Assembly: GCF_001194135.2 (NCBI RefSeq)
Contig: NC_068981.1
Coordinates: 22,662,462-22,726,461, forward strand
Direction: 5' to 3'
DNA: 64,000 nt
Origin: Octopus bimaculoides
Taxonomy: Eukaryota
The translations under genes and the position numbers were made by a program. Below the pieces are notes generated by a model. That model saw only the letters and a list, made by a program, of their open reading frames with translations. It did not search any database and was not told the DNA's origin. Positions 1 to 12,191 of the stretch are shown piece after piece (positions within the stretch are counted from its first letter, which is position 1; the number at the start of each line of letters is the position of its first letter).

Positions 1-29
1 TATATACATTTATAAATATATACATATAT

Positions 30-188
30 ACGACGGGCTTCTTTCAGTTTCCGTCTACCGAATCCACTCACAAGGCTTTGGTCGGCCTGAGGCTATAGTG
101 GAAGACACTTGCCCAAGGTGCCATGCAGTGGAACTGAACCCGGAACCATGTGGTTTGTAAGCAAGCTACTTACCACACAGCTACTCCT
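30..188 (-). mobile_element. tRNA-derived CORE-type SINE (family A), head and core portion
   Basis: Reverse complement reads AGGAGTAGCTGTGTGGTAAGTAGCTTGC...GGTTCCGGGTTCAGTTCCACTGCATGGCACCTTGGGCAAGTG. It has A/B-box-like motifs and the CCTTGGGCAAGT CORE-like motif, and recurs more than 20 times in the window. Confidence 0.85.
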
Positions 189-347
189 TCATTCTGTGTA
201 CTGTGCATATTCTTCTTGCTATCATTACTGTCTTTCTCTACTTGCCTCATCTGTCTCCTCTCTGTCTCCTCTTTTAATCTTTTCCAACAAGCTGTAGCAC
301 ACCTGAGCACTGCATACAATAAGCTCACTATTATTATAATTTTAAAG

Positions 348-597
348 CGGTGGTTCTCAATCAATTCTTACCCATGGACCCCTTTGTGTCCTATTTTTCT
401 CAGGTGAACCCCATCCCCCATAAATATTTGATGTTTAAAAAATCCTATTATAGTTTAATAATAAAATATTATTAGGAATTGTATTAAAATATTCTATGTA
501 TTCTAGAAGTATAGCTGATTCATTGTACATGAGATTTTAACCAGAAAATCTGATATTGACCCCCAAGTGTCATGTGGACACTGGTTGAAAACTACTG
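348..597. mobile_element. hAT-like MITE (degenerate)
   Basis: Imperfect TIRs CGGTGGTTCTCAATC ... GGTTGAAAACTACTG resemble the CAGTGGTT hAT terminus. No matching 8-bp TSD seen. Confidence 0.55.
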
Positions 598-604
598 CAA
601 AATA

Positions 605-815
605 CAGGGTATCCACAAGGTCTGGGTACATGGAGTAAATAAAATCATAACATAAACAACTAAATATAAGAAATAATAATTTATTAAATTATGTGTTGGT
701 CCCCATGTGGGTACATGGAGTAAATAAAATCATGACATAAACAATTAAATAAAAGAAATAATAATTTCTTAAAGTATGTGTTTTCCCCATGTACCCAGAT
801 TTTGTGGACACCCTG
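605..815. mobile_element. Tc1/mariner-type MITE with internal tandem duplication
   Basis: About 29-bp TIRs (CAGGGTATCCACAAGGTCTGGGTACATGG / CCATGTACCCAGATTTTGTGGACACCCTG), TA on both sides (603-604, 816-817), and an internal repeat of about 86 bp present twice. Confidence 0.85.
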
Positions 816-913
816 TAGATAGCTAATTAGCAGCAAAGGTGCATTTCTGTACTTTTACAGGCTTTGATTAATTAAAATTTTCCAGTTCAAATCTCACTGC
901 AGTTCTCTTTGTA

Positions 914-1817
914 TTGGGTCATCCCATAAATAATGCTGTTTTTTCAATTGCATGAATTAAAAGTCGAATGGGGACAGGATAAGCTACCTGCATTAACTTG
1001 CTATAAAAGCAGGTAGTAATTTTACCTTGTGCTTATTCTTAGTGCAAGTTTGAAAAGTGCAGTTCAATTTTAACAGTTATTTTTTCAAAGCTATTATGGA
1101 AGTGACAAAGGAGCATATTTGGCATTATGAGTTCAATAAAGGCAATAGAAAGTGTGAGGAATATTAATGCAGTATATGGGGATTGGACAATAAACATAAG
1201 CCAATGTCAACGGTGGTTCCAGAAATTCTGAGTCAGAAACTACAACCTAGAAGACAAGCCTCATCCTGGAAGATCCGTAGAGGTCGATAAGGACATCCTG
1301 CAAACCCTGGTGGAATAAAATCCTATCATAACTGTTGAGGAACTTGTGGAGAAGCTTGAATTTGGTCATTCAACCAGTCATTCAAGTCAGCGCTAGAAGA
1401 AAATCAATCACTTTTGGTTTCAAGACGAATGGTGTCCTTCCATCAGGATAATGCTCAGCCATATACAGCAAGGATGGCATTCATAAGGCTGGAGCAGTTT
1501 GAATGGGAAACGATACCCCACCCACCATATTCACTGGATATTGCCCCATCTGATTATCATTTATTCCGCAGTCTTCAAAATCATTTGGACAGAAAATATA
1601 TGAATTCTGTAGACGAGGTTAGGACAGCTCTGGAGGAATATTTTTCTTTATGGACAAGTGAATTTTGGAAGAGGGGCCTTACAAGTCTACCAGATAGATG
1701 GAAGAGCATTGTAAAAAAATGAAAGCGAGTATATTTTAGGTTAAAAAAAAGCTTTATCTTAATGTTGAAAAATAAAAGAAGAATAAAAAAAAACGCATTA
1801 TTTATGGGATAACCCAA
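914..1817 (+). mobile_element. Internally deleted mariner (D34D) transposon
   Basis: TIRs TTGGGTCATCCCATAAATAATGC and GCATTATTTATGGGATAACCCAA match at 22/23, with TA flanks at 912-913 and 1818-1819. Encloses a disrupted transposase. Confidence 0.95.
1096..1722 (+). pseudogene. mariner transposase pseudogene (stops, frameshift, central deletion)
   Basis: N-terminal HTH-like MEVTKEHIWH...QCQRWFQKF...LEDKPHPGRS. C-terminal ORF 1414-1722 has FHQDNA...HPPYSLDIAPSDYHLF with 34 residues between the last two catalytic Asp. WVPHEL and the first catalytic D are missing. Confidence 0.93.
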
Positions 1818-2901
1818 TACATCTTTCTGGGGACAAAGCAGGTTCAAGCAATATTTTGTGTTTGATTCAATGGGCTATATTTTTGTCCCTACAAAAATTA
1901 GTCTTTGTGTTGGAAAAAATATAAAAGAAATAAATACCAATACTGAATATTCTGTTTGTCAGCTTTTTGGCTGAAATTTCATCTGATTCCTTTCATCTTT
2001 GTTGGTAACAATAATTAGAATGAGACAGCTAAAATGACAGGCATTACATTGGATTAGTTCTGACTGAGATGAAAGAATCTGATGTAGCCAAATAGCAGTT
2101 CATTTGACCAATCTGCATACAACAGGGAATAATTTGGAAACTGATAATACAATTTCCTTGGATCAATGATATATTTCTTGAGTGATTGGTCAAAAGTCAA
2201 CATAACGAGTCTCTTATTATATACAAATCATCTTTACACTTTATGCTAGATTTTCTTGTAATTCTTTTTTATTGTTATTATTTTAATCATGTGACTGTAT
2301 GTGGAATGAGTTTGCAATTTATTATTATTTAAATGAGTGTATTCTTGGGGCAGATATTTCAGATAATTGCTCTTCTTTGGACAAAAGCGTATCATTTATT
2401 CATTCATTTGTTGTAATATTTGAAATGCTTTCTCCTTTGTTTTTATCAATCTATTCTGCTTTACCCAAACCAAATAAGGACAATAAAGGAGACAAACTCA
2501 TTTAATTTTATTGCTGCTAACTTAGTATTAAACAGTTGTTAATTTTATGAGCATGCATTTTCACTTTCACACATCCTTCCCTTTGCAGCTCCCATTGATT
2601 ATTCTCACTCCCTGTACTAAATGTGAACAGCCATGTAGCTCCTCTACAAGAAGAACCTACTCCCCCAACATATTCTACTGCCTCGTCACCTAGCATAGAG
2701 CTGACCCTACCATCTTGGGTTTCATAGTCTTGATCTGCATTGCGACCTCACTAGTGCCAAAAATATCCAATAGACAATGTAAAGTGGTTGGAATTTGGAA
2801 GGGCATCCAGCCATAGAAACCATGCCAATGAAGTCCTTGGACCCATTGGATTTTGTTTGATCATCTAACCCATGCAATCATGAAACACAGATGTTAGATT
2901 A

Positions 2902-2923
<22 letters not shown>

Positions 2924-2968
<45 letters not shown>
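2924..2968. repeat. (TA)n microsatellite
   Basis: Direct TA run; source of the IYIY low-complexity ORF. Confidence 0.95.
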
Positions 2969-2970
<2 letters not shown>

Positions 2971-5074
2971 ATCATCATTTAACATCCATTGTCCATGCTG
3001 ACAGGTTAGACGGTATGACCGGGCTGGCATACTGGAAGGCTGCACAAGACTTCAATCTGATTTGGCATGGTTTTCTATGGCTGGATGCCCTTCCTAATGC
3101 AAACCACTCCAAGAGTGTAATGGATGCTTTTACATGCCATTTGCATGACACCAGGTTGTGTTTATGTGCCACCGGCATGGGTGCCAATTTGCATAACACC
3201 AGTATGTGCTGTGACTGATTTTGCTTGGCTGGTGGGTCTTCTTCTCAAGCACGACATAATGCCAAAGGTTTTGGTCATTGATTCCATGAGACCCAACACT
3301 AGAAAGGAATGCAGTCATTTTGCCTCCATGAGGCCCAATGCTTGAAAGGAACTCAGCCACCTTGTCTCTGTGAATAAATAAGTATTACATTTGACAGAGC
3401 AAGATAATAATAATAATAATTCCTCCTGGCTGGATATGTTTTCATGAAATTCTGAAAATGAATGACACCATTTGTGTGATGTTGATACTTACTGACAACT
3501 ACGACACATTGTGAAAACAAGGAAACATGCAAACACACACATATGGTGGGCTTCATTCAGTTTCCATCAACCAAATCCATTCACAAGGCTTTGATTGGCT
3601 TGGGGCTATAGTAGAAATCATTTGACCAGGGTGCCACACAATGGGACTGAACCTAGAAACATACAGTTTGGAGATAGGCAGAGGGATAGGCATCTTTCAG
3701 TATCTATTTGGTTATTTCAATGTGAGCTTGTTGACACAACACAACCAATATTATATAGTAAAACCAGTATTAATACTCCTTTTCTACCTTTCTTCTCTAA
3801 ATCCCTGTTTTTCATTATCTACTGACAAACCCTGAGAACCTTTAGATTTTTGGCCATAAACATAAGCCAGCATCTTGTATCTGCCTTGATCTACAGCTGT
3901 TGTTTACAGAGCACACAAACTAACATTTCAGTCATTAGCCAGCTCAGCCAGGGAGCTATTTACCTCCCTGCTATTTCAGAGGTGTTACAGGTGCATTTTA
4001 GACTCACATGATAAAGCTTAGAATCTATTTTCGTTTCTAAATAGCCATATGTCTAAACCCAGCTCTTCAATAATAATAAAGTCAATGTATAAGTGTGTAA
4101 CTTATCGCCATCATCATTTTACATAGGCTTTCCATGCTGGCATGGGTTGAATAGGTCATCATGATTTGAGTCACTTTCCACTGAAAGTTACAGTTCCTGA
4201 AAACTAGGTGTTCTTCCATGTCATTTGACTTGGTTTCTATAGCTGGATGTTCTTCTTAATGACAACCACAACTGATTATATTAGTCAATATAAGGGTCGT
4301 TGATTGGTCCAGTTAGTAGAGCAATGGACAAAAATGCTTTGCAGTATTTATGAACCATGACATTATGAGTGAGTTCAATCTTTGTAGAAGTCATATTTGC
4401 TTCTCAGTCTTTCAGGAATAGGTCCTAGCTGACCAATAGGGTTGAGCTAATCCAACTATACCCACCCTACTATGCTGGAAATCAATATAAGAAAATATTG
4501 GGCCAGTGTCATGTAAAAAGCACCCAACACACTCTGTAAAGTAGTTGGTATTAGGAAGGGCATCCAGCCATAAAAACCATGCAAGAACAAGTCTGGGCAG
4601 CTATCTGGCTGCTTAGTTCCTGTAGAACCATCCAATCTAAGCTAGCATGGAAAACAGATGTAGCTCCAACACCCATGAGATTTGAAGATGTTCCGTTTAT
4701 GACCATCACTAATTACTTTTTTAGTCATAAGTAGATCTAAGGCTTCATTCTCTTTAAAAAAAAAAAATGGTAGTATGATTTGAGGGAGATTTGGCTGCTA
4801 TCTCTAGCAAGCTAATTGTTGATGATGGTGATAGTGATGATACTATTGTTGATGATATTTAGCCCTGGTCAAGCTGGCCTATGATTATATATTCCAACCA
4901 TGACCATCTTGTCTTTTTATCAGGCATAGAGAATCTAGGACAACAATGGTGAACTTGACAAGCATTTCAGCAGTGATATATCACAGGTTTTTAGGTGACA
5001 CGTGGATTTTTTTCTATCTTGCTCCAGTCATTGGATTGTGGCCATGCTGGAGCATTACCTTGAATGATTTAGTC

Positions 5075-5471
5075 TATGCATGGGCAACCTATGGCCGGTA
5101 GGCTGCATGTGGCCCCCGACATGTTGTTGTGTGGCCCTTGACAAGTTTCTAGGTTACTAATTTCATACTAAGACAAATAAACTTTCATACTGAAATAAAT
5201 AAAATTTCATACTGAGATAAATAAAATTTCATACTGAGATAAATAAAATTTCATACTGAGATAAATAAAATTTCATACTGAGACAAATAAAATTTCATAC
5301 TGAGACAAATAAAATTTTATACTAAGAATAATAAAATTAAGAAGAACTGCAAAAAATTCTGTGTAAAGTGGGCAAGTAATATTTCATGCATATGTGTTTT
5401 ATCAAGCAGCCCTCTTCCACTTGGAAATAATACGATTGTGCCCCCAGTTGAGGAAAAGTTGCCCATCCCTG
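5075..5471. mobile_element. hAT MITE inserted into a SINE tail
   Basis: Perfect 8-bp TSD ATTTAGTC (5067-5074, 5472-5479). Termini TATGCATGGGCAAC / GTTGCCCATCCCTG. Flanks rejoin into the family A SINE tail. Confidence 0.9.
5157..5335. repeat. 22-bp minisatellite, 8 copies, inside hAT MITE
   Basis: TTTCATAC-like motif at 5161, 5183, 5205, 5227, 5249, 5271, 5293 and 5315; unit AAAATTTCATACTGAGATAAAT. Confidence 0.95.
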
Positions 5472-5672
5472 ATTTAGTCAAACAAATCGACCCTAGTACT
5501 TAATTTTTTAAAGCCTGATACTTATTCTACCATTCTCTTTTTGCTGGACAACTAAATCATGGAGATATAAACAAATCAGGACAGCTTGTCAAGTAGTGGT
5601 GCAAACACACACACATGCACACATGGGTTTCTATCTATCAAGTTTTTTTAACTTTAAGTGCTTATGCAACCA

Positions 5673-5720
<48 letters not shown>

Positions 5721-6180
5721 GTCTCAGCACCCCTCAACTTTGACCCAGAATGTTACACCTGGGAGAAGAGAGAACAGCACCAGCACCCAAATATTACCCA
5801 TTTACAGCTGAGTAGACTGGGGCAATGTGAAATAAAAAGCCTTACACAAGAACAAAACACATTATCCTATTCAAGAACTCATGATATTTTGATCATAAGC
5901 TGAACACTTCAACCACCAGGCCATTCACCTTCACATGTTGTGTGCTTTTGTAATCTGCTACACTTTGTTACATATTGTAATATTTTGAGTTTTTCTTTCT
6001 TCAGCTTGAAATTCTTTCCAGTTCATACCATATTTCAATACACTAATAAACGGGTTGTATTGAAATGGCACAGAAATGTGACTTGGTTCTTATATTCTCT
6101 ATTGTGATGTCTATATTTCAATAAAGCATTCAAATTTTAAGTAAACATTTCTTGAAATAAGTTTTTGAATTTTATTCAAT

Positions 6181-6551
6181 AGGCCCAGGAGTGGCTGTGT
6201 GGTAAGTAGCTTGCTTACCAACCACATGGTTCCGGGTTCATTCCCACTGTGTGGCACCTTGGGCAAGTGTCTTCTACTATAGCCTCGGGCCGACGAAAGC
6301 CTTGTGAGTGGATTTGGTAGACGGAAACTGAAAGAAGCCTGTCGTATATATGTATATATATATATATGTGTTTGTGTGTATGACAACCGATGGTGGTGTG
6401 TTTATGTCCCCGTCACTTAGCGGTTTGGCAAAAGTGAACAATAGAATAAGTACTAGGCTTACAAAGAATAAGTCCTGGGGTCGATTTGCTCAACTAAAGG
6501 TGGTGCTCTAGTATGGCCGCAGTCAAATGACTGAAACAAGTAAAAGAGTAA
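6181..6551 (+). mobile_element. Full-length family A SINE
   Basis: tRNA-like head, CORE-like motif, (TA/TG) spacer, body GTCCCCGTCACTTAGCGGTTTGGCAAAAG, tail ending GACTGAAACAAGTAAAAGAG. Confidence 0.9.
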
Positions 6552-6699
6552 CCAATTCAGGGATATAGATCCATTTTGCCAGCAGTAATCTTTCAGGTCT
6601 TAGTTTGAAGTAGAAGATCTAATATGATGCTTAATTTAAGGTTTTATAACACACCTTGTGTGTGTGTGTATGTGTGTGTGTGTGTGTTGTGTGTGTGTG

Positions 6700-6742
<43 letters not shown>

Positions 6743-8119
6743 AAACTTAGAAGCACGAAGAGAGTTGGGATTTTACAGAAAATAAAGTAAATCTCGATTG
6801 CAAGATGGCTGTGGAAACAGCTTAGAAAATGGAAAAAAGTTGTTACCAGGCAGCTACAGAGAATCAAACCCTCTACCTCTCAGATACTTGCTGAGAGGTA
6901 CATGGTTCACGGCTATCCTGCGTTTGAGATATACATGTATATGCATGCACACACACCATCATCGTTTAACGATGATGATGATGTTGATGTGTGCACATAC
7001 ATATACATATATATCTCAAACGCAGGATAGCCGTGATGTATATATAGTGTGTGTGTGTGCAGTACCGATATATATATCAAATAGTCTGAAGTATTTAAAT
7101 GGAATATAAATATTTTGCATTCGTTTCTTAATACAATTTAAGATTTCATATATTTTTCATAGTATCTTTGATGTTTAGCAGAGTTTACACTGTTGCAACC
7201 ATTCAGACCATCTTTGTTTTTGCTGAAAATACTGACCAGTATATAAGAGTTCAAAACTGGACATCAGTCATATCAATCATACAAGCGTGAGAGAGCCTCC
7301 ACCTCATATAGAAAAAGCAACAACAATCAACTTGTCTATATACAATAGTTAAATTAATGTTACTTTAAATGAGTAAAAATGAAAAACATGACCAGAAATA
7401 TGTGTAGTAAAACAAAGCAATATTACTAAAAAAAACAACAACTTGTATTTTAGTTATTATTTCAGTACGTTCAGGAGACACGTTTCAACTTTATTCATGT
7501 CTCATCAGTGAAGTATTGATAGTTCATTTGTAAGTGTAGATTTATTTAGCTGTTTATAAACAGTAATTCAGTAATTTGATATCAATAGCAAACAATAGTT
7601 TGCTGTTGATAGTGGAGTTTTAAATAGTCCTCTTTCAGTAGTACAACCTCAATAATTTTCAGTCAGTCAGTAAACATTTATTTGAAGTGATGAGGGGAAT
7701 ATAGGCGGTCTAAAAGGTTTTAAAAAATAATTATAGGAAATATTTGTCTTGTTTGTTTATATTTTTCATGAAGAAAACAGCTCAGTTCAAAGTTGAATTG
7801 TAGGAGTTACCTCCCTTGACATACTTCGTTATTTTTTTTCTTGGATCACAAAAGTGTACGTCGTTTGAAATTACCATTTCTCTCTCGCTCACCACCTCTC
7901 TCTCTCTCCTCGCCCTCTCTCTCTTTCTCTCTCTCTCTCCTCGCCCGCTCTCTCTTTCTCTCAAGCAGGTATTGTTCAGGTTATGTTATTTGCTGAAAAA
8001 TACCTCAGATCATATTTATTGGCTTGGATAAAAAAAAAAAACATCTCCCCCTCTCATATATATATATATGGCTTGAGATGTGCAAGAACATCGTGTTTAT
8101 ATTTAATGTATGTGTATAT

Positions 8120-8500
8120 ATATTCTTTTCTTTTACCTGTTTTAGTCATTTGACTGTGACGATGCAGGAGCACCGCCTTTAGTCGAGCAAATCGACCCCA
8201 GGACTTATTCTTTGTAAACCTAGTACTTATTCTATTGGTCATTTTTGCCGAACCCCTAAGTTACGGGGACGTAAACACACCAGCATCGGTTGTCAGGCGA
8301 TGTTGGCGGGAGGACAAACACACACACACACACACACACATGCGACGGGGTTCTTTCAGTTTCTGTCTATCAAATTCACTCACAAGGCTTTGGTCAGCCC
8401 GAGGCTATAGTAGAAGACACTTGCCCAAGGTGCCAAGCAGTGGGACTGAAACTGGAACCATGTGATTGGTAAGCAAGCTACTTACCACACAGCCACTCTT
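8120..8500 (-). mobile_element. Full-length family A SINE
   Basis: Reverse-complement copy of 6181-6551 with most CpGs retained. Confidence 0.9.
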
Positions 8501-8774
8501 GTATGTATATGATTTATAAATTATATATATGCTTATACATGATGCCTGAATAATGAACCCAAAACCATGTTCCCAACCTAATGCTTTTGGGTTCAGTCCC
8601 ACTGTGCAGCCCCTTGGGCAAGTGTGTTCTAGTATAACCTCAGGCTGACCAAAGTCATGTGAGTGAATTTGCTAGTTGGAAGTTTCATGTATCTATGTGT
8701 GTATGATAGCCCTTGTGCCTCCTTTGACAGATAGAAGGGGATGCATATATATATGTGAGTGTGTGTATATATAT

Positions 8775-8960
8775 CATCATCATTTAACGACCGTTGTCCG
8801 TGCTGGCATGGGTTTGACGGTTTGACCAGGGCGGGTAAGCTGGAAGGCTGCACGAGAATCCAGTCTGATTTGGCATGTTTTCTACAGCTGGATGCCCTTC
8901 CTAATGCCAGCCATTCCGAGATGTGTAATGGGTGCTTTTCGTACCACCAGCACGGGTACC
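8775..8960 (-). mobile_element. Family B retroelement (RTE-related, (GAT)n tail)
   Basis: Reverse complement contains GGCATTAGGAAGGGCATCCAGCTGTAGAAAC and ends GACAACGGTCGTTAAATGATGAT. Confidence 0.8.
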
Positions 8961-9594
8961 ATTGTGTGACACCAATATCTGCCACAGATACACACACACA
9001 CGAATATATTGTGTGCATATGTGTCTGTGTGTACATTTGTGTCTGTATATAATAGACAGACTCTAGCATGTAAGTGAATAAGATTTTTATATATTTTTTA
9101 CATGCAGATTCGATTTCATTTATTTTTAATACTATCTTTGCTATTTTCATATGAATAATTTTAGCTATATTGATTCAAATGTATTAGAAATATGTCATTA
9201 TCAAAAGGTGAATGTCGACTATCTTTAAAATGGTACAGTTTAGTGGTAATCTTGTTCAGTTGTCCAGGTATATCTAGTTTCACTGTCCAGGATGGTACAC
9301 ATGGCTACTAATACGTATGACAGGGCAGGAGACTGGCTATGCTAGAACCCTGAACTGTGGCAGTCTATGGAAAGCTGGTGGTGGTGGTTGTGGGGTTCTA
9401 GTGTATGTGTATGGAAGGGGTTGTTGAATGCGGTGGCAAGGTGAGTGATACAGTGGTGAGGTACGATGGAGAGAGGGAGATGGGACAAGATCTCAACTGA
9501 CTTTGGTTGTAAACTGATTGATATTAATGTTAAATGGACTTTTGAACTACTACATGTGCTCCTGTGTGTGTGTGTGTGTGTGTGTGTGTCTTTT

Positions 9595-9799
9595 ATCATT
9601 TACTTGTTTCAGTCATTAGACTGTGGCCATGCTGGAGCACCACCTGGGACAATTTCTTTTCATCAAATGAATTGACTCCCAGCACTTCTTTTTTCTATTA
9701 AGCCTGGTAATTATTCTAATGGTCTCTTTTACTGGACCACCAAGTTATAGGAATATAAACACACCAACACCAGTTTGGTTATCAAGCAGTGGTGGGGGA

Positions 9800-9832
<33 letters not shown>

Positions 9833-9975
9833 CAGGCTTCTTTCAGCTTCCATCTGCCAAATCCACTCACAAGGCTTTAGTAGAAGACACTTGCCCAAAG
9901 TGTCATACAGAAGGATTGAACCTGGAACCATTTTTGCTGGAAAAGCAAGCTTCATACCACACACCCATGCCTGCA
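9595..9975 (-). mobile_element. Diverged full-length family A SINE
   Basis: Same module order as 16075-16470, CpG-decayed. Confidence 0.8.
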
Positions 9976-10554
9976 CCTATTTGCATCAATTTCTTGTGTT
10001 TATATTCACATTTTTACTCCAGACTGATATTATTTTATTCTCCAATTCAGTGTTTTGCCAATGTGGACGTGAAAAGTTTGGAGAAAATATTTTCACAGCT
10101 GGATGAAATACCAATATATATAAGTTTTAGAAAGAAAATTGTACTTCTTTTTTGGCTTAAAGAAGCCTATTCACTTCAGACTCTTTGAGTCACATGACAT
10201 GTTCATGCTTACACCTATATGTGTGTTTGTGTGTGTGGGTGGATGGGGGCCTGAGTAGTTCAGTGTTGAATTCATTACCCTGAGTCCATGGTCACAACTC
10301 CTGGACTTGAGCAAAATACTTCATCTTGTGCATTCTTGAGCAAAGTACTTCATCTGATGTTGATTTTCTACTGGGTCAAGGATGAGAGAGAGAGAGAGTC
10401 AAGAGGGTGTTTATGTCTGGTCACAACTACATAGACATCGAAAGCTATTAATGAAAGCATCGTACATTCTACTCGGCTAAACTAGCTTGCAAGTGATGGC
10501 TGTGGTTTTACACACACCAGTAGTTCATATATCCAAAAAAGAAGCACGCTTTAA

Positions 10555-10774
10555 TCCTTTTGTTACCAACCCAGCTGAAACCAACTCTGGCTCTGAGTAC
10601 AAATGTCTTGTTTTCATAAGTTTTGAATTAAAATCTTCCACCAAACCTTAGTCACAATTTATGTTCCAAACACTAGCTGAATGATAACTAAGTTATTTTA
10701 CTAAATTCTTTGTTATATTTAAAGTAATTGAAAGAAATACAGAGCATCTCAAAATAAATACAATAACGAAAGGG
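10555..10774. mobile_element. piggyBac-type MITE
   Basis: TTAA TSDs (10551-10554, 10775-10778); termini TCCTTTTGTTA / TAACGAAAGGG. Confidence 0.85.
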
Positions 10775-10933
10775 TTAAAGCCATAATATATTTTTTTAGG
10801 AAGTTAAAAGTTATGGCTGATCATTGGTTTTGTACCTATAAAGTGCTTAGCAGTATAGGTGACTCATCAAACTCAAATGGCTGAAGGCACTAGAACTGGG
10901 TTATTCTATGATCAACCATAACTTATAACTTCC

Positions 10934-11144
10934 TGCCAGTGCTGCTCGTCTGGCTCCCGTGCAGGTGGCACGTAAAAGCGCCCACTACACTCTCGGAGTG
11001 GTTGGCATTAGGAAGGGCATCCAGCTGTAGAAACTTTACCAGATCAGATTAGAGCCTGGTGCAGCCTTCTGGCTTGCCAGTCCTCAGTCAAATCGTCCAA
11101 CCCATGCTAGCATGAAAAGCGGACGTTAAACAATGATGATGATG
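10934..11144 (+). mobile_element. Family B retroelement with (GAT)n tail
   Basis: GCAGGTGGCACGTAAAAG...GTTGGCATTAGGAAGGGCATCCAGCTGTAGAAAC...GCGGACGTTAAACAATGATGATGAT. Confidence 0.85.
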
Positions 11145-11334
11145 AAATATATATATATATATATATATAAACAGTGATCTGTTCTTGCAAGTGACTGTTA
11201 TCCTTTTATATATATGGTGGTTGTCTACTCCTTATGCAAAGTTTGACCACCTCCTGTACCTACACCTTAGAACCATCATCGCATCTGATGTGGTTTTTTA
11301 AACCAGACAATTTTTTCATACCTATCTATCTATC

Positions 11335-11385
<51 letters not shown>

Positions 11386-11391
11386 ATATAT

Positions 11392-12083
11392 NNNNNNNNN
11401 NNNNNNNNNNNNNNNNNNNNNNNNNNNNNNNNNNNNNNNNNNNNNNNNNNNNNNNNNNNNNNNNNNNNNNNNNNNNNNNNNNNNNNNNNNNNNNNNNNNN
11501 NNNNNNNNNNNNNNNNNNNNNNNNNNNNNNNNNNNNNNNNNNNNNNNNNNNNNNNNNNNNNNNNNNNNNNNNNNNNNNNNNNNNNNNNNNNNNNNNNNNN
11601 NNNNNNNNNNNNNNNNNNNNNNNNNNNNNNNNNNNNNNNNNNNNNNNNNNNNNNNNNNNNNNNNNNNNNNNNNNNNNNNNNNNNNNNNNNNNNNNNNNNN
11701 NNNNNNNNNNNNNNNNNNNNNNNNNNNNNNNNNNNNNNNNNNNNNNNNNNNNNNNNNNNNNNNNNNNNNNNNNNNNNNNNNNNNNNNNNNNNNNNNNNNN
11801 NNNNNNNNNNNNNNNNNNNNNNNNNNNNNNNNNNNNNNNNNNNNNNNNNNNNNNNNNNNNNNNNNNNNNNNNNNNNNNNNNNNNNNNNNNNNNNNNNNNN
11901 NNNNNNNNNNNNNNNNNNNNNNNNNNNNNNNNNNNNNNNNNNNNNNNNNNNNNNNNNNNNNNNNNNNNNNNNNNNNNNNNNNNNNNNNNNNNNNNNNNNN
12001 NNNNNNNNNNNNNNNNNNNNNNNNNNNNNNNNNNNNNNNNNNNNNNNNNNNNNNNNNNNNNNNNNNNNNNNNNNNNNNNNNNN
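11392..12083. other. Assembly gap (N run)
   Basis: Ns flanked by (TATC)n and (TA)n. Confidence 1.
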
Positions 12084-12191
12084 ATATATATATATATATA
12101 TATATATATAAAGAATGAAGAAAAAAACAACAACACAAGGTTATGGTACATGCAAAGCATTAGCAGACGCTCAACGAAGGAAAGAAAGGTA

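Noticed and set aside
109-297. ORFs beginning MPKVPCSGTEPGTMW and similar ORFs (for example 6111-6386, 8235-8465, 16255-16485, 33601-33990)
   Set aside because: Translations of the antisense strand of family A SINE copies, not genes.
5157-5335. 22-bp array as a CRISPR array
   Set aside because: No unique spacers, eukaryotic context, and it lies inside a MITE.
6181-6260. SINE heads as functional tRNA genes
   Set aside because: They have A/B-box-like motifs but no complete cloverleaf, and they continue into SINE bodies.
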